In this document: piece after piece, positions 1 through 12,300 of the stretch
Layout: each line of letters opens with the position of its first letter
Numbering within the stretch: the stretch's first letter is position 1
NCBI GenBank assembly: GCA_002633005.1
Contig: NMRA01000644.1
Coordinates: 173,597-226,563 of the forward strand
Origin: Phoronis australis
Taxonomy: Eukaryota; Animalia; Phoronida
Direction: 5' to 3'
Length of the DNA: 52,967 bases
Position numbers and translations under genes: made by a program
The notes under the pieces: model-generated
Databases searched by the model: none
Told to the model about the DNA's origin: nothing
The model's input: the letters and a program-made list of their open reading frames with translations, nothing else

Positions 1-177
1 TCAACGCAAAACCAAGTGGCGGGAAACGCTTGCCTCCTAAGACGTCACTTCCGGAGTAGCGGACGAGTAATCTATAAAATTACGAAAAGCTGTAATTAAG
101 TGGAAAATATGTCTAGGATAACCAACCAACCTTATTTTAGCTCAAAATGACATGGAAAAGGTTACCTTCGCCTTTAA
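1..177. mobile_element. Terminal part of a Kolobok-like DNA element ending ...CCTTCGCCT followed by TTAA
   Basis: 103-177 is near-identical to 45572-45647. It ends in YY followed by TTAA, the Kolobok pattern (RR..YY termini, TTAA TSD). The other end lies outside the window. Confidence 0.55.
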
Positions 178-2345
178 ATAGCGCGCGGTCGTTTCGAAGA
201 AGAATGTCAACCCGACTACCCTCTCTCAGGCAATAAAGCGCGTGATCGTATGGTCCAAAATTATCTGTCGGGACCACGCCTTCTATAAGAATGGGCTTCT
301 TACAACACGTGGTCGTTTGGTCAAAAAATGGCCCTCTGACCACAAGCGTTCTGAGACTCGAGCAAAATTGCGTTATGTTGGTGCGGACGAAAATTAACAG
401 CCCCGACCACCCTCTCTCAGTCATTTAAAGCGCGTGGTTGTATGGTCAAAAATTACCCGTCCGGATCACGCCTTCTCCAAGACACTTAAAGCGTATGGTC
501 GCATGAACGAAAAATGTCCGCCCGACTACAGGCGTTGTGAAACTCGAGCAAAATCGAGTCGGGTAGGAACGGACAAAAATTCAACAGCCCCGAACAAGCT
601 CGTACGTGGTCGTAAGATTAAAAATTATCCGCCTGGACCAGGCCTTCTCTCACACACAAAGCGCGTGGTTGTATGAACGAAAAAAATGCCTGCCTGACCA
701 CAACCTTTGTCCTAACTCGTATGGACTTAGAAAATAAAGAAGTTAAAAAGTTTAGAACTGCCACCCACGGAACACTCCTTCCGAACAAAATCCATATTTT
801 GTAATATTTAAACACGGGTTTTAAACGTCTTAGAAATCGTTTTTGGGAATTTTAACTTTGGTCTGAAGTCATAGAACACGAATGCTCTGATAGACAATTA
901 AGTTGTCGTCTGTCCGACCACGCACTTTGAGAGCGAGTGTACTTAGGTAAATAATTTCTGAGAGAGCGGGATGGGGGCGATTTATTTTTGTCAAGACGAC
1001 CACCACGGGATTTTGCTGAAGTCAAGGAATGTGAATGGTCGGGTGGACAATTTTCGTCCATCCGGCCGCCTGCTTCTCGTGACGTTTTAGGCTATGCGGT
1101 GTGGCATGCACTTTTATCCTTCATTGCTCTGAAAAGATATGTAGCTGTCAGGTCTCTTCTCGGAAAATTTTCGCCCACCCGCTCTTATGATGGATATTTT
1201 TTTCCTATACGACCAAGACTTTGATGTCTGAAAAAACGTGGTAGCGGCTGCATAATTTCCGTCCGTACGAACATCATGTGATTTTGCTCCAGAACTCATA
1301 TAAGGCGGCGGACAATTGTTGTACATACGACCACGCGCTATAAGTATCCTAGACAAGGTGTGATCTCGACGGATATTTTTTACCATACGGCCATTCGCTT
1401 TAAATGACTGAGAGAGTCTGGTCGGGCTGAAATTTTTCGTCCATACGAGCACGCGCTTTAAGTCTCTTAGATAATGCGTGGTCCTGAGAAATAATTTTTG
1501 ACCATACGGTCCCGCACTTTAATTGACTGAGAGAGGGTGGTCGGGCTGACATTTTCGTTCATACGACAACGCGCTTTAATTGACCTATCGCCAGGATTAT
1601 GACGGACGGCTTAATTGACCAATAAGAACGCAGCACTCTTGGCACACCGTCGTCTGCGTTTCCAAGCCGCAGAGAGCGTGGTCGGGCTGAAAATTTTCGT
1701 CTATACGACCACGCGCTTTAAAAAGTGCGTAGTCGTATGATCAAAAACAATCGCTCGGGACCAAGCCTTCTCTAAGACACTTTCCTATGGTCGTATGGAC
1801 GAAAAACGTCAGCCCGACTACCCTCTCCAGGCCCGTAGGCAGGGGAGGTTCGGGGGTTCGATCGACCCCCCCCCCACGCGGAAAGATCCATCCCCAGCCT
1901 ATCCGTTAAAGGTGGGATATTGATGGACAACAACAGCAAAATCGTTGCAGCTACTGGTACTACTTACTACAACGATAACTAAGTCAGTAATAATTTTGAA
2001 TTTAGTTCACATAATGGTCGGGCCGTAGCCGGTCAACTTCGCGCGGTCGTATAGTCAAAAATTATCCGTCTGGACCACGCATTCTCTAAGACAATTAAAG
2101 CGCGTGGTCGTATAGACGAAAAATGTCAGCCGGACCAAGAGTCAATTAAAGAGCGTGGTCGTATGGTCAAAGATTATCTGTCGGGAACACGCCTTCTCTA
2201 ACACACTTACGCTTGGTCATATGGACGAAAAATGTCAGCCCGACCGCGCTCTCTGAGTTAAAATTAAAGAGCGAGGTAGTGTTGTAAAAAAAAATATGTC
2301 GGGATCACGCCTTCTCTAAGACACTTACGCGTGGCCGTAAGGACA
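174..2345. repeat. Diverged ~60-bp tandem/satellite-like array with orientation switches
   Basis: Recurring unit TTAAAGCGCGTGGTCGTATGG(T/A)C..AAAA..GACCAC.C.TCTCT. Forward ~174-725, reverse ~905-1720, forward ~1721-2345, interrupted at ~1828-2035. Confidence 0.85.
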
Positions 2346-2674
2346 ATTTTCGCGACAGATGTACATCTATTTGCTCAAAGTATCTTGACTGAATCGTGTT
2401 CACACTGATGGTATGTGTTAATTATTATTTTATGTGCATATATGCTTGTTTCGTTTGATTTTATTTGCTCTACTTTGAAATTCTTAACTTTTTGTGGTGA
2501 TGTAATATCGGACATGTATGCCTGCAGCGTTGAGGGCGATGCAATAAGGCAGATGCGCTGAACTAATGCACTAGATGGCGCTGACAAACTCGGTGTCACG
2601 TTTGCCGTGACTTGGCGAGATTTCTTTACGGCGTGTGTGAGGAGTAGGTAAAAAGAGTTGATTTCTGTTGCAAA

Positions 2675-4972
2675 ATGCCAGGAAGGTGCTGTGTGCCGCT
2701 TTGCGACAACGAAAACGGCGGCCACGAGTTTCCAAGGGATGAATCAGTAAAGAAGTTATGGGTTTTGGCGATCAAAAGAATGGACCCGAAGAAGAAATCC
2801 AGGCTCTGGTCTCCGGGGCCCCGAGATGTGGTTTGCCGAGATCATTTCAAGCCGGAGGATTATCGCGAACAAGGGGCTTATGGTATGTCGATCACCTTAT
2901 GTTAAATGTTTGCAATAGTGTGACGTTCTGCCGGTCGTCAAAAGTGACAGGCAGCATGCCTGGATACAACCAATGTGTTGTAGCAACAGAAGTGGGTCAG
3001 GAATCAATATGCACGCATTCCCTATGCCGGTGGCAAACTTGCCGAGCATGCAATCGTTTTTTAAGCTTTACGATTAAGGACTCGCGAGGCCACTCAAAAC
3101 ATTTGCCACTCAAAATATTCAAAGATATTCTTCCCTGAGTTTAGACCAAAGTAATTTTTTTCCTACCTTATCTTGATTCTAATACACAGAACGTCAGCTC
3201 TCTCTGATCCCAAAGGCTTGTTGACCCGAAGCTCTTGGCAAATCTCCTATAGCTGGTCTAAAAGCCGAGTAAATCCACCCAATTGTTTGTCATTTTTTTA
3301 CTTTAATCTACCAGTAAATGCGTTGATTTGATGTATGAGCTTTCGTTTGTGACGATATTTTTTTCAACATAGAAAAATTTTTATTTAGGTTTCGAGGTGA
3401 GGTTGTGTACAAATGTGTCACTGGTAAATCCAAAATGGTCAACGTCGATTCTCCGATGTTGATAATAAGTACGTAATCTATGAAGTTTTGTGATTATTTA
3501 TTTTTTGCGTCTAGTACTGGCAAGTGTATGAAGTGGAAGATGACGTAAAGTAATTTGTTGGCATTTAAACGCGCATGTTTCTACGTAGGCCTACAGGTCA
3601 TTTCAATCTTAGGCCTACTAGCTGATGTCACAGTGGGCACTTGTCCGATATAGCAGTCACAGATCTAGTTTCATCCTCTCACGGCATGGGATTGGTGTTC
3701 TTCTTGATTCAGACATTGAACTTTTTGTAATTACACTACATTTCAATATAGTGTTCGCATGAATCATGTGGGGCATGTTATTAAACACTTTTCCTATGAA
3801 AGTCACAGCCATTTTTTTGCTCTGTTTAAGCACTTGGAAGCAGCAAAAGACTGAAACGGGGAGTTGTGCCTTCTGTTTTCCCATTCAAGCAAAAAGTTTC
3901 GTCCAACAGAGAAGAGAGGCTGCGGAAGAGAACTTCAGAACGAGCTGAGGAGATACAGGAAGGTTTTGATCCATTGCTTGTTGGCGCCGATATTGAAATT
4001 GCTTCGGATGAAACACCATCATCGTGTAATACTACCACATGTTCGGCAGAAGTACAGTGCAGTTTTCTGACAGATGGCATGAGAGTAGAAAATTATGCAG
4101 ACAACCCAAAGGCAATGAAGTACCTCACAGGATTTGAAAGTTTTGAACACTTTCATATGTTTTTTAACATTCTGGGTCCTGCAGTTAGTCAGCTTGATTA
4201 TTCATCAAAGTCTCTCGACCCTCGAAATGAACTGTTTCTCTGTCTGATAAAGCTTCGCCAAGCAAAAGATGACTATGGGTTGGCTCTCGATTTCAAGATT
4301 AGTCAAAAAACAGTTGGCAATGTGTTTAAAACATGGTTGAGATTTCTGTTTTATGAACTGAAGGACTTGGAGTTGTGGCCAAGCAGGGAGCTCATTAATC
4401 ACCATTTCCCTAAGCACTTCAAGAAGATGTTTCCATCCACTAGAGTCATTTTGGATGCGACTGAGGTACCCATTGAACGAAGTTCCAATTGCAATGTACA
4501 ACGAGCGACATGGTCCTCGTACAAGAACACCAATACGCTCAAGACCATGATTGGTGTCACACCACGAGGTTGTGTTTCTTATGTAAGTGACTCGTATGGT
4601 GGTTCTATCTGTGACCGACAAATTATAGAGAGAGGACCATTGATCACCACTCCAAATATGTTCGAGAAAGGCGACAGCATTCTTGCTGATCGTGGTATAA
4701 TGGTTCAGGATTGCTTTGCAAATAAAGATGTGAAAGTCAACACGCCAATGCCTCTTAAAGGCATTAATCAGTTTGAGGCAGCTACTGTTGTCCGTGACAG
4801 ACGGATTGCTTCAAAACGTATTCACGTGGAGCGTGTTATAGGCTATGCAAAAACCTATAAGATTTTGAAATGGAAATTGCCTATTTCCTATGTGCACCTT
4901 GGGTCCATGATTGTTTATGTTGTATTCATGCTTATCAATTATAGACCAAGTATTGTTAGCAGAAATGCATAA
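2675..4972 (+). CDS. THAP-domain DDE (DDE_Tnp_4/IS5-like) transposase, 2 exons (2675-2882, 3831-4972), ~449 aa
   Basis: Exon 1 THAP: MPGRCCVPLC..HEFP..W..VCRDHF. Phase-1 GT-AG intron (g|gtatgt..tttaag|ca) joins to RLKRGVVPSVF, the THAP end. Catalytic motifs VILDATE, LADRG, RIHVERVIG. No stops in the spliced frame. Confidence 0.9.
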
Positions 4973-5314
4973 ACTGAATAATTGCAGCTTTGTGTGCATG
5001 TCCTGCATTCCTTGACTTAGTTGAAAATTTTCAATACACGAGTATTATGTGATGATCAGTATCAGAGTGTTATGCAGTGAATGGTTGTAACATTTCACTT
5101 CTTGTCTTTGTAAAGTATGTTCCTGTGTAAATATGATATGGAAGCTTGAATTCGAATAGAAAGTGCTGTACTTTTATTAACTAATATCTCATCGTACTTT
5201 TCAAAATGCACTTTGCAAGCATGTTTCCACAGAACAGTTCGACAAAACTAGACGACTGAGACAATATTTCAGCAATGTTTTGTGAAGTCTGGTCAATACA
5301 ACATAGTTACATGG

Positions 5315-8300
5315 TTACAACGTTGATGCAATGTAAGGCACATGTATCACTTTATAAAATGCTTTCAACTTTGGGATCAAACTGAGTTCGCAATATTCAC
5401 GATCATAAGGCACTTCAATGACTTTGAAGTCCTTAAATGTAAAAACAACAAAATGACAGAGACTCTTTTTGGTAATGTGGAGCTGACATTGAACCTGTGC
5501 AAAGTACTTGTGACTGCGTTTCAATGACATGCAACCATCTGTCTTCTGCAGGAACCTGAACTCTTTGCCTGGCTCAATCATAAGTTCTCTGCCGCTATAG
5601 GGGCACTTGACCTCAACCACGCTGTCTGAGGTTACACCATCAGGTGACGCTGCTAAGAAATTGCAGTTCGTATCGATCACCAATCCTGATGGTCTCACCT
5701 TCATCTTGAACAGCTGTAAGCATACAATGTATAAAAATGAATACTGTATTTAAGGGTGTGCGACACAGTTTGCCAAAAAGCTGCAAAGCAGTCGTTTTGA
5801 GACATCAACTAAGATAAAACACCCTTTACATTTACTGTGATTGAGTCTAACTTATTTTCTGAAAACAAAAGACCTTCACACTTACCTTTTCAAATTTTTC
5901 GATGGCAATCTTTTCATACGTCAAACCATGTGATGTTGCCGCAGTGCAGATGGGGCTACATGTAACCAGGGATTTGCAGAGTTTTTCCTTGTTGCGGCGC
6001 GCCGTTAAAGAACATATTTCCCCGAACCTTGATGCAGTCAGGCGCCACTCACGTTCATCAAACCAAAGCTGACAAGTAGACTGTTTCTTAGTCTTGGATT
6101 CGATAGAGGCTGCCTCATCCTTAGTCACCTGAAAGTAATAGAAACTTATATTAAAAAGGTAAATGCAGGTACACAAGTCAGCATTCCTGGTAACAAATTT
6201 AAGTCCATCCCCTTTTTAATGTACAGATGCTGTCTTTAACTGTGTTACTTGCAATTCGCCAAAGGTGAATATATATAAGTCGAAATGTCATCGAAATCGA
6301 AGTTAGCCACCCTTTGGTGGCACCGTGTCGAAATTTCATGAGTCGATTATTCAACATGCAGATTGTGCATAGTACTGTGTTAAGAACTATTACCTTAACT
6401 GCATTAAAAACCACCTGTTCTGTCAGTGGCCTCTTTAAATAATGGTGGTCTATACTGGCTGCCTGAAGATTAGTGCCTTCTGTCAGGTACCTCGCTGCAA
6501 TGTCGATGTTGTTGTTTGAGCAGAAGTTGACGAGGATGCTACGCATATTCTCAAAGCGCCCTTCCCTCTGCACAAGATGAACAGGTCTAGGATCAGCCAG
6601 TTCGAGCTCGCGCCCTCGGAAAAGTTTTTGGGCCTTGACTGGAGATCCTGAAGAATAGTATAATTATGTGGTCAGCCATAAGTTACACATACTATGAAAG
6701 TATTTTAAACGTTAAAATGTGATATAATATAGTTCAAATTCGCTAGAGCTGATACATTTTGGTCTCAAAAAACAGAATTTGACGTTCGGCTACGTACACG
6801 CCCACCAAATATTAAACAAATTTCCCTTTCAAGTGCCCACGTTTTGTTGCATTAACACCAGTCCATTGATTTTTAACTTGCCCCTTAATGCCCTAGGCTT
6901 TAACCTGAATGGATACTGTACTATGGTTAAATAAAAACGACAGTAAACCATTGACCTTATTTACTATAAGATTTCATTAATTTTATGTTCAGTGCGCAAC
7001 TGTTTGCGTAGTTTAATTAAAATACAATTAAAGTAAATTTGTTTTTCACAAAAAACATAACCGCTGAGATACCTGCAAATTTTTTGCTTGGGCGATGAAA
7101 AGTCTGTAGTTTGTCTGTGCACGAAGAATTGAGGGTACCGATACTACCACTTTTTCGAATGTCTGCTATGCAGAACAGAAGGGCTGCTATGTGTTTGCAG
7201 GTTGCAAATGGGCCTTTTCCGGCTGGGCATTCGCAGTGACCATTGGTGACTTCCCCTCTGGAGCTGAGTTTGACTTTCAGAGAATAACCAACCTGAGAAC
7301 AGATATGACCATAGTTTTAAACATAACATATCAGCAAATGAAATACACTAAATATTAGGAGATTTCAAGGTATTCACAATGGCATATCATGGGTGGCGCA
7401 GCACTGAAAAAGTGGGGGGAGGGGTAAAGCCCCCACAGCCCCCCTGTGGTACACCGCCCGTGCATATCTAGTTACGAGGCATCATTCAAATTTCAATAAT
7501 AGCATTATGTGAACTCTCTCCTAGTCTGGCTGTTATTGCGTACAAAGCAAGTAGACCTGGTATAACCATAACTCATAAGAAATAACCTTACGAAGTCTGA
7601 GTACTGTAAGTACAGTATTTACAAAGCAAGCCCTCGTAAAGTTACAATCATTCAAGTAAGATGATACATACCATAACTGCTCAGGAGTAAATACCCACCC
7701 TTGAATTTTAAGAAATTTCACCATCTTTTGTTGCTTTGGGTTTGACTGTTTACTTCATCAATTTATTAATGAACATTATGGATGTTAACTCAAATGGGTA
7801 CACTATTCATACAAGTTGAATCTTGAATTTAGATAAATAACTTACCCCTTTCATGGAAGCTCCACAAATACCAGACAGGAAGACACTGCCATCTGCACTT
7901 TCGACAAAGCTACAGGCATCAAGACGATTGGAGTCTAATAACAGTTTCCCCTTTTTCACTGCCTGAGTATTTCCTGAGGCTTGCATGTCCATCGTCATTT
8001 TTAGCGTTAAGTACCCATTGATGTGGTGCTCAGTGACTGGTGGCACATGTACCAAGTTGTCGTTAGTCAACTGCTTGAAGCCACACTTAGGCCACTCAGG
8101 CACTGTGTTGATGTCAATGATATTGACAACTTGGTCTTGAAAATTGTTATTCCTGTCATATGCTTGCAGTCTACAAAAATCAAATAAAAAGCAATTTCTA
8201 ATTCAATGTAATTTCAAAATACCTGTTTCAGTAAGAATTCATGTGACAACATGAAAGACTGAACAAAAAACGAATGCTTTTCATATGTTGCTACGCCGAG

Positions 8301-8731
8301 GCAGAGCCTGTCTGCCTGGTTGAGCATGAAGTACTTCGCTCACTTATTGCACGCCATTCGCGGAATTTTGACACAACTGAACCTGGCAATTCCGAAAAAA
8401 TATCAAGAAGATAATATAAAATCAGAAGCAAAACCAAAAAGTTCGTCTCAGGTACAAGCTGAAGCCGAATTCTCGGACACGGTATTAGCGTGCAGACGAG
8501 GCCGAAAGAACACCATATTTAAATGGCACGACACAAAGGCGGGTGATTGTTCTAGGCTTTTAGATATAAAATAAGGTTAGAAACTCTAAAAAATTAATAA
8601 ATTCAATATCAGAAACAATCATCTCACCTTTCTATCAATTCGATCTTTCTTCCTGAGCTCCTTGCTCCCCGTCTGGCCAATTCTTTTCGCAGCTCAACAC
8701 ACGTCAAGCCCCAGGAAGAATCCGTTGCCAA
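5315..8731 (-). CDS. SAP + SWIM zinc finger + YqaJ (lambda-exonuclease-like PD-(D/E)XK) protein, 6 exons (8628-8731, 7846-8170, 7073-7292, 6394-6647, 5886-6128, 5315-5713), ~514 aa; first codon reads TTG
   Basis: All five introns GT-AG with consistent phases (1545 nt total). SAP: LTCVELRKELARRGARSSGRKIELIERL. SWIM: CECPAGKGPFATCKHIAALL. YqaJ: WFDEREWRLTASRFG, HGLTYE, LAASPDG, VEVKCPY, YFAQVQCQL. Confidence 0.85.
7388..7462. mobile_element. 75-bp MITE (CATGGG(C/T)GG..CCGCCC(A/G)TG) in an intron of the YqaJ gene
   Basis: Short TIRs and a 5-bp TSD CATAT (7383-7387, 7463-7467). Same family at 15946 and 30276. Confidence 0.75.
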
Positions 8732-9331
8732 GCGTGTTTGACCTAATTTTGTACACCGGGTTTAGGAGCGCCCTCTACTAACATTGAATGACGGCGCATC
8801 TACCTCATTGCGGTGCACTGCTACATCAAGTTCGCAACTTATTCACGATCGAAGCCCAAAAATCTTCCCAAAAAGCCGATGCCTACTGTCAATGTGCTGC
8901 ATGGAATTTGTAGATTCATTGCGAGTTAATTCCAGAAGGGCACAACATTAATAACTCCACACTTATGCAGACCATTCCGAAAACTTCTGTGATTAATCGG
9001 CAATTGCCGTCCATCCGTAAGTCATCGGATGAGTTCGTATCAACTCAGGTGGGACACACTGACAGTATGCATCTGGTTTTGGGGCAGAATTTTGTGCTTC
9101 GATTGTGAATTTTTGCGCGCTCGATGTCCAGAGCAGGACACTGTAAATGTTATCAGAAAAACATACATTTTCTTGTGGTTTGCTGAAGCCCTGTTTTGTT
9201 TAAATTTACTGGGTTTTGCGTTTGATATGGACGGCTGTAGTAAATTAATGAAGTACCCATAATATTTTTAGTCACGAATGTCATACCTTGTGGTATCGCT
9301 TATTGTGTATTAGGTACGTTCAGAAGCTTAA

Positions 9332-12300
9332 GAGCAATTCCATATAAAAACCAGATGGTGGGCTATATATGCAAAATCACCAATTTTTTTGAAACTTAGC
9401 ACATCAGCTGGACTTGTCAAAAGAAACCTGAGCCTGAATTTTTAAGAGTTTCCGAGTTTTTTTTTACCCTTTTTACGACCACTTTGTACTTTTTCCGAAA
9501 AATAGCAAATAATAGTACTTGGAAGTAGGTAACATTTTGTCAGCAACAACACATCATCGCTTCACGCTATAGAAAAAATAAACTATACAGCAGAAAGAAG
9601 AAAGAATAACGTACAAGAAAAACTAGTTCGGATGGATTTTTTGATTTTTTATGTCCTCCCATTTTAGCCTACAAAAATATCATTTTCACTGCTTATTATT
9701 AAGGCCATTTTTACGCATTTTTATCACTCTCCCAAATCTATATCGGATTTTTTTGGAACATGAGTTAACTTCCATCTGTTACTGCTGTCTTTGTTCAGCC
9801 CAACGCAAGAATAAAAAATCTTGTCTCTTTCATAGTTTTTGTGCAGTCAGTTTTTTACATAACTCACTTACACACTTTTCTGCCAATCTGTGACTGTCAG
9901 TTTGATTAAAAGACTCTAGGAGGCGCTACTCGATTGTGCAATTATCTATCGACCAAAATGCCAAATAGAACAAATATCATTCGTTTTGCTACATTAGTGA
10001 CGAAGGAGATCATGGGAAGCTGTATGAGAGATTTTTTCTTCGCGGATTTTCAGTTTTGCTGGTGCAAAAATAAAAATTTGTTATAGGATTACAGAAATCA
10101 AAAAAGTCAATTTTAATGTACTTATGAGTTAATAATACAACCCCATCACCATCTCATACTTCAGAGAAGCAGGTTTTATTCTTATTAAGGGTGCCCATTA
10201 CCCATTGCTTGGCCAGTTTTCAAACACCGTAACTGACTAAGAATCCCACGCACTGCCTGCAGTGCATGCTGGTCCATTTTCAGACCTCCTGGACAAATCC
10301 CTGTATATGCGCATGAAAAAGTCCTCTAAAACTATTAGCAAAGTTCATACTAAAACTAATCAAGATCTTCGAGATCACACTTGAAAAGAGGACGGTGGAT
10401 ACGAGCAGAAGTGTCGTGTTATTGGACATACAAAGTGTCACGCAATGCTTCTTGTACTACACAAAAGCGACCGAGCATGGTGGCAGTGCGCCAGTGGAAT
10501 TTGCAATTTCAGAAAAATAACAGGTACGGATATTTACGATTGAAAACATAATAGTTTCAGTGATATCCAAGAAACCGGCTTTCCAAACCAGTATTTAAGC
10601 AATTGGGTGTTGTTGCGACTTACCAGCTAAAAGTTTCACAATATGTAAATTCCGTTCATGCGGCGGACTCAAAAGCACAGTTTCTTGTAGGTATGCTAGG
10701 TTTAGTGTATGATGCATTTCTACACAACACTTCAAAAAACTGTATTTTGTTTGAAGAAAACAAGAGCTACTGAAACACAAAGTCTTTTTATTTTGCTCAG
10801 TACACATGTCTAAGATAGACGTTTCTCAAAACTAGATAATCACTCCTTTAAAAATCTCAGTAGTTTCAAGAGAATCAATCATGTAAAAAGTATGCTTTAC
10901 CAGTCTCAAACTGAACATAAAACAAAAAACGCTAGTAAAAAGTGACAGAAGATTTCAATGTTGACCATCAGTGGCTTGGATTATTTTCCCCAAACGGCCA
11001 CCACTCAAATCTCTCCCCCATGGAAGCCCCTAACTCGCGTCATATTCCATTTTTTTCCAATTTCGCCCAGGGTGGGCCCCAGTCCCCTAGCTACAATAAT
11101 GATGACCACAACAATATCGTAAGAATAGACAACAACTAAAACATGTTCATAATTTCCTCGGTTTATGATAACTCATTCATGACTTCAAGCTCCAACTCAT
11201 TCATTGAGGCAAACTCGTGGGCAGCAGCATCAGCATCTTCAATATTCTGAATATTTCCGATTCGAAACGCGACAACCATACGGGAAAAAATCCAGCAATC
11301 TGCTACTCCGACAGCCACTCTTCAGAGGAAAAAACTTTTCTTTGCTTATTCCTGGTTTCTCGCATCATCTTTTCACAGCCTCAGCTGGCTGTTGTTTTCT
11401 GCCTGACTGTTCACCTTCAGAAAATATATCACTGGGTTAAATCTTTACCTTCTCAGAGAAGCGGACCGCTTTTCTAGTACTTTTCAGGGCCCTATCCTGC
11501 GGCGACTTGATCAATAACGTAAACGGGGGACAACTCAGGTGATGATACAGCTGTGGTAGTGGATGAAATCTCGGATTGTCTTGAAATGTGGTCGAACTGA
11601 GTCTCGTTCTGGAGGGATGATGAATGAGCACCAACATCCAAGTGCTCACTTAGCTCAGCATCTGTAGGAAAAGATTTCGAGCACCCATAGTGTGTGCATG
11701 TGAACTTCGTATGACGTTCACGGGATACCAGCCCCGACTCAACCCTTGGAGTTGTAAAACACTCGAGTGTTGCAAGGTCAAGACTTTTCAGAGGCAACAG
11801 TTTACATGACTTGTTGATGACAAGTTTTCCCTCCCCTACTCTATGGGCCTTCCATGCTCGAATGCCATCTGCGGAATACTCAAAGTTTGTCAGCAAACTT
11901 ATCCCTGGGATACTGTGCTTGGGGAGGACCTTTGGGGCATTCACACTACAGGACGACACCTAACAGCCTTTGACATCTCCTCTAGACTCTAGCGCATGTT
12001 TCAGGTCGACTGCATTTTGAACGTTGTTGCCTTCATTGACGAAGTACTTGGCATGGGCCTTCAAGGGTGCGATTTTCCTGTCACAGATGTCTTTTCCCTT
12101 CTGACTTTCACTGAAGTCGTAACGCAGAATGGAGATGCCGGTGTTACCAGATATGTAGAACAAATGAATCAGAAGGGCGGCTGAATGGTAACAATTGGCA
12201 TTGTCGGAGTGTAGGAAAGCTTCCGTTATTTGTGGATCCCTAGCTTTCACCTGCCTTAGCACATCTAGCGTTAAACAGCAAACAGTGAAAAAGTCTTGCT

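Larger units (their letters stand above)
2546..8806. mobile_element. ISL2EU-type (PIF/Harbinger-related) DNA transposon, apparently full length
   Basis: Imperfect TIRs: left AAGGCAGATGCGC..TAGATGGCGCT..AAACTCGGTGT versus right (rc) GAGGTAGATGCGC..TAGAGGGCGCT..AAACCCGGTGT. AT duplicated at 2544-2545 and 8807-8808. Encodes a THAP-DDE transposase plus a YqaJ exonuclease, the ISL2EU gene pair. Confidence 0.88.

Noticed and set aside
137-1452. Several 65-112 aa ORFs in the first 1.5 kb
   Set aside because: Chance translations of the tandem array.
174-8806. CRISPR-like system (repeat array next to a transposase and a Cas4-like PD-(D/E)XK nuclease)
   Set aside because: The monomers are wholly repetitive with no unique spacers, are diverged and switch orientation. 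The array lies outside the transposon TIRs, and the spliced genes match the known ISL2EU pair.
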